Assembly: GCF_000150275.1 (NCBI RefSeq)
Contig: NW_002060946.1
Span: 8,043,555 to 8,107,554, forward strand
DNA from: Trichoplax adhaerens
Taxonomy: Eukaryota > Animalia > Placozoa
Reading direction: 5' to 3'
DNA: 64,000 nt
Shown here: one piece after another, positions 39,924 through 52,890 of the stretch
How positions within the stretch are numbered: the first letter of the stretch is position 1
Layout of the letters: every line of letters starts with the position of its first letter
Made by a program: the position numbers and the translations under genes
Notes under the pieces: model-generated
What the model saw: only the letters and a program-made list of their open reading frames with translations
Told to the model about the DNA's origin: nothing
Databases searched by the model: none

Positions 39924-41489
39924 TAGTTAAAAGTTTGCCTTACTTTGAAGATTGCTAAGGTATACTTCCGTAATATGACAGAGATTTAACTGATTCTTCT
40001 TCCCGCTTGTAAATTATAATTACTTGCTTAATGCAGCCTTCTCACCTTCACTATAAGGAAAAGAAGGTTTATAGATACAAATAAGATTATTTTGGGCATA
40101 TGAACGATTATCTTAAATCGCCTTTAATTTTAGTATATAAGAACTACTAGCATGTTAGACTTTATTGATATTGTCATATTTCATACTGATGTACAGTATA
40201 TTAACCTTGAATTATATCATAGTACAATATTTGCTTAGTTAGCATTTCTGTTATATTTAAACTGAAATATAAATGTACAAATGTAATTATATACGCATTT
40301 AGACTTTTTAATTTGTTAGTTATTTGTAAAATTTTACTATTTAATATCGGTATCGTCTCAATAGGAAGTTATTTCAGCACGTTTGAAATAGCCATTTAAA
40401 ATACCTTAAAGCTATGAAAGATAGGGATTTATTGAAAGACATTTTTAATTGTTTTCTTATCATACGAGTAATGAGTTGCTGAAAAACGTAACTCATAGGC
40501 TTCTATAAGGGAGTGTTTGAGATGTTTATGTGATTTACTAATATCAAATGAACTGAATTGGCTTAATTACTAAGTTGTAATGGGATTCGCTGTGAGCACT
40601 AGTAAAAGAATGTGAAACTTCCCATACGACCGAGTGCCTGGGTGCTGTATTGAATTATATGTGAATAGTAAAGATTTATTTACTTACATTTAATCATTAA
40701 TTGCGCTGGTTATTACATGAATCCCTACGTCCTAGCTGTTAACTAACCGAAGAATCTACTTCTCTTACTTTATTTAGTCTTTTTTATGCTAAGTATACGT
40801 GTATAAGCGATAGCAATAATTTGATACTTAACGCGTATTAGTAGACTTCAAGATTTGATAGTAATTCTACTATCCTACAAATACCTCCATCCCTTTCTAT
40901 TCTATCCAATACCTATGCTGATTGATAAATACTACAATAATGATATCGCACTTAAGTGCTTAAGTGCAATTCCCACAGATTCACACTGATGAACTATCCA
41001 TATAAGATATCATTTCCTCACATGTTTCAAGTTTAATTAACGCCTGATTCAATGATATTCAGGTATAACATCAGAGTATTTATTAATAAGTAATCTACTA
41101 TTTTCTTACAAATGTTTACAAGTTATGAACATCCAAAACTTCCAAAAATTGGCATTACATTTCATAGAAATCACGCTAACCAATCGCATTCATACAGCAA
41201 GCGATGGTTTCATGAATAAATTTTAAATAATTAATTATATTTCTCGTATAATCAGTACAATTAATAAAACCTTCCATGGATAGTTAGATAATCTGCGTAA
41301 ATTTAAGACATTTTAAAGGTATAAATTATTCAATACAGTAAAAAGTTGTCTTAATGACGATAAAATTAACGAAATCAGCATAGTCAATCAATCACTTTAT
41401 GAAAATCATAGTAAAAAAAGCAGCGTGCAATTTCGTGATCAGTTTATGCCTTGTCTACAAATTGTAAGTTTATATTTTCAAAATTCAGG

Positions 41490-44400
41490 TTAATCTCTAG
41501 GCTGTTCTAAAGGTTTATCACCATCTATAGAATATAGAAATATAATGCGCAACATGAAAAGATTGTTAAAAGAAGAATTTATGCAAATGTAATAGAGTAA
41601 TTTTTCACTTCAGTATATTAATTTTAATGTACCTGAATTAAGTAATTCTGCGTCTGCACCATTTTTTATCAAAAATTCAACCATCTCATCCTAAAAGCAG
41701 AAATTAATTGCAATATTAAATTGGATGATAATAGTATTTCAGTTGTTTAAATGTTTACTCGATAGTTTCAGCGATATACTATAATAGCTTTAAAGTAATC
41801 CTCTTCTATGGTAGTCGAAACAGCAACAGAAATATATTACCTGACACTCCGCATAAGCTACATGCAAAGGTGTATTTTGAAGTAAATCAACAGCATTAAT
41901 CTAATAAGAGAAATCAACATTTGAATTTTGAGATTAAATTATTTATGATTGGATAAATTTGTAATTTATTCTACAATAATAGCATACCAAAGCTCCATGC
42001 TTGATGAACAATTTAGAGACTGCAATGCAACCGTTCTCCGCTGCATGATGCAATGGAATGCCCTAGGAATCAACGATTTGAAATAAATAAGATATACACA
42101 TATTCTCTCAAATTCGCTCGTTTATACTCGTAAATTAGAATTATATTCTTGTAGAATTCAGTAAAATGGATTGCACTTACTTATAGCATCATTACTATCA
42201 CTATACAAGCACATCTTACAAAGAAACACTAAATCGGCGTTAGTACTTGTTCATGTTTGGAGTAGCATGCTACATACAGTAAGTAATAGAGTTGTCACAA
42301 CCGAGATTGCAACACAAAAATTAACGGGATTCTTTCATCTAAAGTAGTCTTTACTATCGTAGCAACTAACTCTAAACACTCTTTAATCTATCAAACTTAG
42401 ATTCGAGTCTTAGAGACGATAGAGTACTCATGTTAAGAATCAAAACTTTATTCTAATAGCTATTTATTAAAATGACTAATAGAACTCACAACTTACAATC
42501 TACTACTAACAACTAATAACCATCTATTATAGACTAACTTATCAACTCCCACAATTAAGAACTTGGGGGCTTTTATAGAGCCTCGCAAACTTGGTTGTTG
42601 TAAAACAATAAATTTATAGCCAAGGCTACATGCTAAATATAGCAAGAATCACAACCACTTTCTATGACATTTAATAGCTATAGTAGTTAATTAATGGCTA
42701 AGTGTTAACATATGATTCATTACTCAACAAAATTATATCATTGATGACACAATAGTTAATTAGTTGTCACAACAGTAGATTTAAATTCATGGATACTTTT
42801 ATATTACTTTTAATATGAGCAATATGAAAGATTTAAAAACTTTTCAAGTCGCGACTCTTCTTTTTAATAGAACTATCATTGACACTCTTTGTCCAAGAAT
42901 TAAGCTACTTTGCAATTATTGAGCCGATTCTCATTAATTTAACATTAAATTAAATATACAAGTGATAGAGGATTAATACTTTGGTTGATGCAGCACGCAT
43001 TTTATATTTGAAGTCATTTAATTGTACATTTTTTTTGCTATTTCTAAAGCTAACCTGTAATATTTCATCTTTAACATTGGGATCCATTTTTCCAGAATCC
43101 AGTAAATATTCAGCACTCTGTAAAATTTTATTTAATGTTCAATATTGGACGATGTTTGGTTAATACTTGTACTCAATGCAATTAGCAATATATCCAAGGA
43201 TAAAGATTAGCTTTCATTTTAAGCTATTTTAGGCAAAATAAAGCTACTGAAAAATGATTACTTACTTGCACTGAGTTCCTTTCAGCTGCTAAATGAAGAA
43301 TAGATTTATTCTCTAAGCCCATCATAGCATCTAATTTAATAGAATCTTTTTGGCATAGCCTTATAACCTAGTTAATATACCATGAATACGATTAGAAATC
43401 TATTGCTCTATTCACTCATGATTGAGAAACTAATGCTATAAAAGAAATGTTTCAAATTAATTATCTTTGTATAATAGAAATGCTAATATATATATACTAT
43501 ATAACTACAGTTATTACCACATCAAAAACTAGGTCTGAAGTTTAACAAATTGTTTTATATTGTCGGTCGAAATCATCATCTGTCATTCTAAAATTTGTCA
43601 ACAATTTTTCTTCCTGCCGTATTTAACTAACCTCATCAATGTTGTCGTATTTAACCGCTTCCCATAAATTCCAATTATCATTTGCAAAAGAATTAGGTAC
43701 TGCCATCGAAGGCGTAACAATGCTAGTATCATCTTTTATTGCATCGGTATAAATAATACTACTGGCTTGCATGTTGGATGCAGTTTCAATATTGAGACCT
43801 CCACCGGAGATCTTTAGCTCATTTACTTTATTATTAATATCTTCACGAGTAATTTCAATAGTACTTGGAGGTGGTAGATCACCTAGATTTATGTCTTTAT
43901 TCTGGTCAGAAACGATGATAGGATAGGAATTGTTTTTCGGTGCATTTTCAATATGATCTCCAGTAATGATAACAGGACTGCTTTTAATAGTCGGTAAGGT
44001 TGATTTGGCCTCTTCGTCGTGATGACCGATTATGAAGACAGGATTGAGGTTAGGATTTTTATTCTCTTCGCCTTTGCTTGGCTGTTGATCCATCCTTGCC
44101 CTGTTTTCATTTTCTTCCTCATTTTTTTCATTAGTTTCATCTACTAGGCTTAACTTGGATTCTGGTATTTTAACAGATTGATTATAATCTTGATTAGTAT
44201 TATTGATGGAATGATTTATTTAATTCATAATAATTACAATTTTTTCTGCATAGAAAGTTTACCTCCACCTGGATTTGTAGTAGGTTCCATGTAAGTTATG
44301 CGTGTATCTATAGAAACATCTCTGGCTATTCTTTCAGAGCTCGTTGTACTACGTTCTGCTGGCTCTTTTTCGTGATCTTCAACTTGTGGATTAGCATTAG

Positions 44401-46139
44401 TTTGATCATCTTCAATCCAAGTAATAACATTAGTTTGAAGAATGAAACCGAATAACCGATTATTAAAGATGGATATAGTCTAAGTGACTGCTTTTAATTA
44501 AGGTTGAAGTGATGTATATATATGTACAGTATTGATCAGCTTATTTGATCATAGGTCCGAAATAATTTCTCATCATTCTTATTTGTACTTTTTTTACCTT
44601 CTTGTTCTTGAAGAATAATTTCCGACTTCTTCTCCTGTAGGCTATCATGTGGAAGAGAATTTTTTATGGAATGATTCGAGGTTCCATTACTAATTGGCCC
44701 ATCTCGATGCTGTACCGATAAAAGTAGAAATGAATTAAGTTTTTATCTTTACGCTAGTATCTGGATAGATCAGTTACTGCTTTCTTCTATTACATTAAGA
44801 TCGTTATAGAGTCGATATAAATTTTCAATTTGGAACTATCTCCAATTAAGAATTATTCATAGATGTAAGATAGTGAAATTCGCGTAGATGTAAGTTAGTG
44901 AAATTCTAGCGCTTCGCATAGATAGCTAATAAGCTTCCTATGCTTTATTCGAAACGACTTAGCATAGAAATAAGATTTGCATAGACAAAATTTAAAGAAT
45001 ATAAAGCTAAAAACAGCTAGCGTGTAGACTATATTAAAAATATTTGTGTTGGCAATATTTGCGCTTTTACGGAGAAAAACAATAATTATATACTGTACTG
45101 TTAATCAAGAAACGATGAAATAGTATATAATATTTGGTTGAAATTTTAAAGACGTTTAGCTACCGCAAAGAATTCATGATAATTTATCACGTTAGGTCAG
45201 GAGAATAAATGAAAAAAAGCCTATGAATAGATGAACTAATTTATTTCTGCTGTATTGAAGAAGAAATGATATAGTAGAATATGAGGACTGACTTTAGTCA
45301 AATATCTTGAAGCCAGGATAAAATTATCTATTCAGGTAAATTTTTTATGGGAATTTTATCGTAGATATTACAAAATATTGTAAAGGATCTTAACTTATTA
45401 TTGTTAGTCATTTCAACGAATGTTAAATAAAAGCCATCCAAGCGTGAATAATAGAAAAAATTAGTTAAGATCAAAACAGGATGTTTTTATAGTGTTACTA
45501 AGACAGTAATTTTAAATTGAAAGAAAGATTAAAGTCGGTCAGCAACTACAATAATATTTACGGTAATATCAAAACTTTTCATGTAGGTTAAGATCCAATA
45601 AGTCTACATGCATTGCCATGATAGAATTAAAGAAGAGTTAAAAGACTGTAACACTTGCACTCTAAGAAATAAAATTGGCCTATTAAAAGAAGTTGAAAGC
45701 CAGCTTTAATACAACTTGCTACATCTTTTATGTTGTAGCTGATGAGTGTAATACATATTAGCATGTGTCATAAAAATATAGCACAAATTAATCGATTTTA
45801 AAATGCGAACGAAGGTTCATTTAGTTGTAAAAGATCAATGGTATTATTTCAATCTATAAGGATTAGACAAGTAAAATTTGATCCTTTACGCTTTGCCAAG
45901 TTTAAGTTTGTTTGCAAATGTTGATAAATCAACCTCAAAACTGGAGATTGCTAAATTGTATATGTACATTTTCTGCCAGTATGAAATGCTTACGGACGAA
46001 AAAAATTTTATTTCATCCTCTTTTATGTCTTTCTTTCTTATTGTCTAGTAAATCAACTTACCAATTCTAGAGGGTCGGGAACAGTCAGTAAGTTACTTGA
46101 TTTTTGAACTTCAGTACTTTTACTTGATCCACAACCCAT
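41490..46139 (-). CDS. Ankyrin-repeat protein with N-terminal MGCGSS acylation motif and long acidic low-complexity linker
   Basis: ATG at 46139 (MGCGSSKSTEV). In-frame exons lie at ~46139-46062, ~44709-44598, ~44410-44262, ~44188-43632, ~43367-43266, ~43116-43055 and ~42062-41988, followed by three more to TAA at 41490. Ankyrin consensus blocks are SILHLAAERNS, GIPLHHAAENGC, NTPLHVAYAE and VEFLIKNGADA. Confidence 0.82.
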
Positions 46140-46634
46140 GTTGACATTTATTGGTGTTAACGTTAATTTTCTAAGCTAGAAAAATAACCATATTGTCAAC
46201 AAACAATTAAATGCAATTTTGTCTCGCTACGATAGAGATTAATGTTTGATACTGTAAATCATGACTAATCGCCATATTGTTGGATTGTATTTGATGCTTG
46301 CATTAAAGCTCTTACCTGATGATAATCTTGGACTCTATGGATGAAGTTTTAATTGATGGATAATATACAACGACGATTAAATTGATTTATTACAACTTCA
46401 CGTTGTCATTAAATTAAAATAATCATGTCATTAACTTAAACATCAATTAATGGACAACGGCAAAATGTAACTACTGTAATAAAGTAATCTATATGTGGTC
46501 TATACGTCTTTTTTCCTTTAGGGTTCTGCCAATTCTTTGATCGCAACAGGCTATTGCTTTCTTCTCATGGAATACTCTGGTCAATAGTTCTCAAGTTACC
46601 ATAGTAATTGGATCCATCATGCAACAGGGCTGAT

Positions 46635-46879
46635 TGATCATTTCAATGCTTTTAATTTGCTACCAATTATGTTATTCTACTATTGTTATGATAACAATAC
46701 AGCTACGTTAACTATTATTAATGACATGTAAAAATAAAATTTTATCTAACATAAATGATCATTTCAATGCTATTAATTTGCTGCCAATTGTGATTATTCT
46801 ACTATTGTTATGGTAACAATGCAACTACGTTAACTATTATTCATGACATGTAAAAATAAAATTTTATCTAACATAAATG
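46635..46879. repeat. Tandem duplication, 2 x ~121 bp, near-identical
   Basis: tgatcatttcaatgct...atgacatgtaaaaataaaattttatctaacataaa starts at 46635 and again at 46756. Confidence 0.92.
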
Positions 46880-49509
46880 CTAATAGCATTCTTTTAATTG
46901 GTTGGTCAATTTGTATATTATGTTGTACATTAATAGAATTATAATTAGGAAATAATAAATTGTGACAGGAATACTATAGCTTAGATGTTCCTTTCCTCTT
47001 TTTATCTTGTTTTTGGCTAAAAATTCTTTTATATATTGATCGTTGCTCATTGTTTGATTTCCAATATGATATGATGCTACTCCATATACAGTTGATTGAC
47101 TTTAGCAAATGCCAAGCATGCTAGGTTGCATAGTGTTCCGATTTTCAATTGTATTCGTGAATAAATGATAGCAAAATAATAAAAATAATAGCACAATTTT
47201 TAAAGTTGATGGCGCTATCGAATTATTTCTGCTCCTTTTTTAACGTTTTCAAAGCTGTAGAATTGCAGATGCTCATAGTTGAGATAAAAGATTTCGCTGA
47301 TACTATTATTTTTACTTTGATATAGCAGTCAGCTATTGACATTGTAATTGAACGCAAATTTAATACCTAAACTTGTTTGACCTTTGAGCTTACTTAGTAG
47401 AACAGGAATGCAGTATTGTATGGTAAAGTATACATTGTATAAAATTCCTATACTAGTACGGAATAAATTACGTCATGGACGTAAATTTTTGAAGGATTGG
47501 TAGGCTGTTTACTCTTGATATCCAAACTTGATAAAATAAATAGTATCAGGTTGCTAATTTTGAATAGCTTACTAAGTGATTATTTAGACTTTCTATGCAT
47601 ATTTTGCATGAACTGCCGATGCGTTTACTTTAAACCGTTAATTGTACATAGTTTACTGAGAGTTATTCCAAATGCCAAAAAGTAACAATAAGAAATGATT
47701 AAGATTTTGAGTATGATTTGCTATAAGTGTAAAGTGCTGCTTTTACTGATATTCGAATTGAAGTATTCAGTTTAAACGTAAGAAATATTATCGTAGTATC
47801 GAATCTCTGCGTTGCGTAAATTAAAATGGTTACCCTAAGTATGAGTACAGAATAAATTCTATCATAGTATCGAATGGTAAATATAAAATAGTACATGTGT
47901 ATCATGATTAGATAGAAGTAACTACGATTTTGAGTTTAGTTTGTTGCCGGTATAAAATCTAATCTTCCAGTTGTGTCAATTAAAAATAATTATCCTTAAT
48001 CGAGCGTACGATAACTGCTATCACAGTACAGAATGATAAATATAAGAAATTACTTGTACAACATGGTACTGGTTATCGATAACGTAGCTCATTGAAGCCG
48101 TACAAACTCTTATTCTATCATACACTACCGTAGCCATTTAAAATCAATTCTATACCAAAGTTCTTTCCAAATCTAATATTACGTATTAATAAGAAAATTA
48201 CTACGATTATGAATTTGATTTGCTACTTGTATTAAATTCTGATCTTTGCTATTTACTAATAGTCGGAGCTGTAGAAGTATAATAACGGTATAAAACTTTT
48301 TATCTTATTGAAATATAGATATATTTAAAACATTTATCTTGGATATAATCCAGGCTATCATAGCATCCATTTGCAGATGTAAGAATGCAAAGTCAATTAC
48401 AATTCTAATCATTGATAGTACAAGTACCGCAAAGAAAACTGAACGAAATATTATCATAGTGTAGCCTTCTTGAAACTAACCTCTTTCCGAGGTTTGTCTA
48501 AAGTTATGATTTGGCAAGATACTGCTGCGATTTTGAATTTGATTTGCGAATGGTATAAAGTTCTTATCATACTGATATACAGTACAAACTATTTACTATC
48601 AATCTAAATTTGTTACATATATTAAGTTCTTATCTTACTGGTCTAAAACTATAACATATATCATAAATATGGTCCAAAAAAATCATAGCATCGAATAATG
48701 AATTTAAGAACGTGAAAGTATATCATCATTTCTTATAGATGAAGTATGTTTTAATAGCTAATTCATCTAGGATTAAATCAGGCCATAATCTACTTATCAT
48801 TCGTTTTGCTTTGGTATGCCAGAAACCAACTAATACCAGTGCGTACTCATAACGTACAAGTATCTACCAGCATTATTATCTAGCTTGCAAAAATGATTAT
48901 TTCGGGCTTGTCCGGGATGTATCTCGAATTAAGAGCCTCGAATGAATGCGATTGCCTTTTATAGACTATAATCTATCGTTAAAAATCAGTAAAATAGGAT
49001 GATTTATAACGTCCTAATACAGAGCTATAAATAAACCTATTACATCACCTAAGATTTCAGGGTATTTTTATAGCAATCATTGTGCTGTTTACCGATGATT
49101 TAATACATAAATCTACGCGTATGGTGTTATTGTGTTACAGTAAGCTGCCGTCCTATATGTTGTAGCCAATTTCAGAATCTTAAATTAAAGATTTAACGGC
49201 AAGCTTAGATTAACTATATTGCTCATTTAATCACTAAATGATAACCGATAAATAGGAGGAACAACTGTTTGGATAATAGGTGAAATTATCGATTGTTTAG
49301 ACATCTCCACACGGGGACAAAAGCGGACTTATTTTTAGAGCACAAAGAGGAATTAAATATCCTAGTAAATTACCCGTTTAAATGAACGGGAATATAATCT
49401 GCACAAAGCAGTGAATGAAAAGAAAGTCCACAGCTAGATTATCTTAATGCGGGTATAACTTAATATTAGTACTGTGCCTTACACTCTCTGATGATTAAAT
49501 TACGAAACG

Positions 49510-49902
49510 ATATAGCTACATTCTATCGTTTATTTCCTATCGAACAACTTTATCAATCTTGAACACCAGCGATTATAAAATTAGAGGATTTTCAGAGCGT
49601 AAAGAGGAATTTGACATACGAGTATTAGTCATCTCTATCTTAGACTTGATAGACTATAAAATTATATAGCTACATTCTATCTTTTATTTCCTATCGAATA
49701 ACTTTATCAATCCTGAACTCCCGCGATTATAAAATTAGAGGATTTTCAGAACGCAAAGAAGAATTCGACACACGAGTATTAGTCATCTCTATCTTAGACT
49801 TGATAGACTATAAAATTATATAGCTACATTCCATCATTTATTTCCTATCGAATAACTTTATCAATACTGTACTCTTACATCCCCGGATTATAAAATTAGA
49901 GG
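49510..49902. repeat. Tandem repeat, 154-bp period, about 2.5 copies
   Basis: atatagctacatt...tttatttcctatcgaa.aactttatcaat...attataaaattagagga starts at 49510, 49664 and 49818. Confidence 0.92.
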
Positions 49903-50737
49903 ACCTGATTACGTCATTTATGGTACATAGAAAGTTTTACCGTAACCTCTATTCCTGATTATTAGAAATTGAATTACTTAATGTAATCACTTATTCTTTC
50001 CGTACTTGGCTAGATGCTAATCAAGTATGCTAAAAGAACAGATGGAAAGGCTTAGGTATTCTATACTACTCCCTTTAGATGTATTACAACATCCTACCGC
50101 AGTTGGATTCATGCCATCCTGATAGGACTAGCTAAAAGTAAATTCACTAAAATAGATTTCTCTCAATCGGATATTAACGTCTTATCCTACATTCAGTAAT
50201 TTAATATTTCCAATTTTTGATTAAGAAGGGTAAAAACAATCATGCAATATGTTATCATTAATTTATTCTCCAATCTCTATACCAAAGCTATTTTAGATGC
50301 ATGCCTCTACTGACGGCTTAACATTGATATGACGATTTCTACGGGAATGAGGCAATTACTTTCAATCATTTAGTTTATTCATTTGGACGTTATGCCATTG
50401 GAAAATTACTAACTACAGTACTATAGATTACACAATATCAATCTAACCTACTCAATGTACAGCTTAATATTTTACTTCATCAATACGAGTAATGAGGGAA
50501 AAATTGCTAAAGATAGTATGTAGTAATGTCCTGCGGTTATCCTGTTATGATCAAGTCTATTCAGGCGCTGGCATCATGCTGATTTGAGACTATTGTTACT
50601 TTTCTAGTCAAATCAATAATAAAAGTGTTTACGTATGATTACATTATCATGTCTACTTTTACAGCCGCTTCAAAAGTTATTAAACAAGCTTTGACACGTA
50701 TTTAGATTGATGACGTCCATTGACTATCTTCATGCAA

Positions 50738-51080
50738 AGCCAGGAGAAAAAGTGGATACGTTCAGTTTAGTCATTCAATATAGACTTTTATTGGCATTTT
50801 TAAAAATTTGGTATAGGACTTGTATCTTACTATTAGATACGTACAAGAATGAATTAGAATATATATATATATATATATATATATACCCTTTTCATGTGCC
50901 ATATTACCAAGGCCAGGGGAAAAAGTGGGACACATTCAATTTAGTGATTCAATATAGACTTTTATTACCATTTTCAAATTTGGTACAGGATTGTATTTTA
51001 CTATTAGATACGTACAAGAATGAATTAGAATATATATATATATATGTGCGTATATATAACCTTTTTATGTGCTATATTAC
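50738..51080. repeat. Tandem duplication, 2 x ~173 bp, each copy carrying a (TA)n microsatellite
   Basis: gccagg.gaaaaagtgg...ttcaatatagacttttatt...ctattagatacgtacaagaatgaattagaa(ta)n occurs at ~50739 and ~50912. Confidence 0.9.
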
Positions 51081-52076
51081 AGTTAGATCGTAGTCATTCT
51101 TCAAACCAATTTACTTTATTTTACGTCATTTTTTGGGGGGGGGGGTTTGGATTTGCACAGAGATAGATAAAGTGATTACCCGTAATGACTTTTGAAGCTC
51201 TGTACTTGAGTCTATAGCTTCAATTTGGCTTAGGAGTGCAAAATCATTGACATAACCGCAATACAGGATGCAGCAGCTTCAGTACTTGGGAATAACAGTT
51301 TCAGTTCAAGATAGATGATCTTGAATGCGAATATTAAACCCTATATATCATTTGTTGGCATACGTCTAGAGGATGGAAAATAGATCGAGTAATTACAAAC
51401 AAAATATAAAGTTTAATATCCGCAATACTATATTATTTTTGTCAGGTATGGCATAGCCGATGAATGCATCACGAAACGTACAATATTGCTATGGCTCTAT
51501 ACAGAATGAAGCAAGTTTATCCACGCTAAGGTTGCAATAGAACCTTAGTTCAATAGTGTTTTACAGCAACTAAGAAGTACAATAAATAGCTCGGTTATAC
51601 GATCATGTAAAATTGTATTAATTTGTAGAAGTTAGTTCGAGTGAATTCATTTTCAATGTTTGTTTAATTAAAGAGATATGATAAGATTAAGTTGGCAATC
51701 TAGCCAATAAGAGATACGGTCTAGAGCTTGATCTTATTCTAACTGCTGTAGTTGATGCTTGTTGTTGAAGCGAAAGAGATACTGTGGATAGTTGATGGAG
51801 AAATGAAGGCAAGTCGGAATGATCAATTGATCATGTCTATCGCCATGCGATGCCATTCGACAACATTGCATGCACCTTAAATGGCATCACCATGATGCAA
51901 TCGCCATTCAGCATAATGATTTTATTATTCATTTGTAATGTATTAAACTAGTAAGATCAAGTCGTTTATTTTATCCTCTACGGAGTGGACGATGATGAAA
52001 GAATTGGATGAGAAAGGGTAAAGAGGATCGATGAGTTCCCATGCAGAGTGGTTGGAGTTTGTTTGCTAGTTTGAAA

Positions 52077-52427
52077 TTAACTATTTGGATTGGGTTGTGT
52101 AACAAACCACAGTACACCACCCAGGAGTAAACCACGGACTCCAAATACCATCAGCAAGATGAGACCACCTACTAAAGCGATCGGTTCAACAACTCGATTA
52201 GCAATAGTAAATTGAGGTATACCAAATGATGTTAATTGCTGATTGATTTGGCCGACAACACCTTGTGTGGCTTGAGGTCGAACACGATTAGCATGGCGAC
52301 CACTGGCTGCAGCTATATTGGAACGGTAGTTGGGATTGGCTTGGCGTGGTTGTTCGCTACTTCTTTTCCGCTGTTGTACGCGTGGATCATCATCCTGCAA
52401 GACCTGACCGTCTAAAATATACACCAT
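52077..52427 (-). CDS. FAM241B: FAM241 (C10orf35-like) small membrane protein, single coding exon, 116 aa
   Basis: From the ATG at 52427 it reads MVYILDGQVLQDDDPRV (human MVRILANGEIVQDDDPRV), INQQLTSFGIPQF...VEP and LMVFGVRGLLL, with a hydrophobic C-terminal hairpin. Confidence 0.88.
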   Translation of the reverse strand: MVYILDGQVLQDDDPRVQQRKRSSEQPRQANPNYRSNIAAASGRHANRVRPQATQGVVGQINQQLTSFGIPQFTIANRVVEPIALVGGLILLMVFGVRGLLLGGVLWFVTQPNPNS

Positions 52428-52774
52428 ATTAAGACCACAGTAATCAATGCTTTCTAGCAATCTCACTGAAGATGAATTGGGCAAAAGCGAGAACCACCAA
52501 ATAGAGAAGATCTCCTTGTTCCTTTGCAAAGCCCTTGTCTAGAAGATGACGAAACGTTCAGCCAATATCACCTTCTACTGCTGTCGTAATTCCCTTATTA
52601 GCGACTGTCAATATCAACCTGATGCTCTTAGCGACAATATCGTTGGCAAATAGCAAGCAATTAGTGACTAATAATTCAAGAACTGGAATGTGCCAATGCC
52701 TTGATGAGGAGCACAAATTGGAAATGGATGTTGATGCACAAGCTTAAATGCTAACCTTGCCCATGGGTGAGGAT

Positions 52775-52890
52775 GGGGGCGGGCTTAAATAGACATGGTC
52801 AGAGTAGATGACGCAAGGCGCCACCACGTCCAGCCATACTACAACCACGCTTGTGACGTGGTGTATGGAACTGAAGCGTTAGCGTGACGG
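52775..52890. promoter_or_regulatory. Candidate promoter motifs in the GC-rich FAM241 / P4-ATPase divergent interval
   Basis: A GC box (gggggcggg) lies next to ttaaata at 52775-52791. TGACGCAA is at 52809, CCACGTC at 52824 and TGACGTGG at 52854, with local CpG enrichment across ~52600-53900. Confidence 0.45.

Noticed and set aside
50707-51093. 128-aa ORF with internal duplication and YIYIY runs
   Set aside because: It derives from the 173-bp tandem repeat and its (TA)n tract, with no protein-like features.
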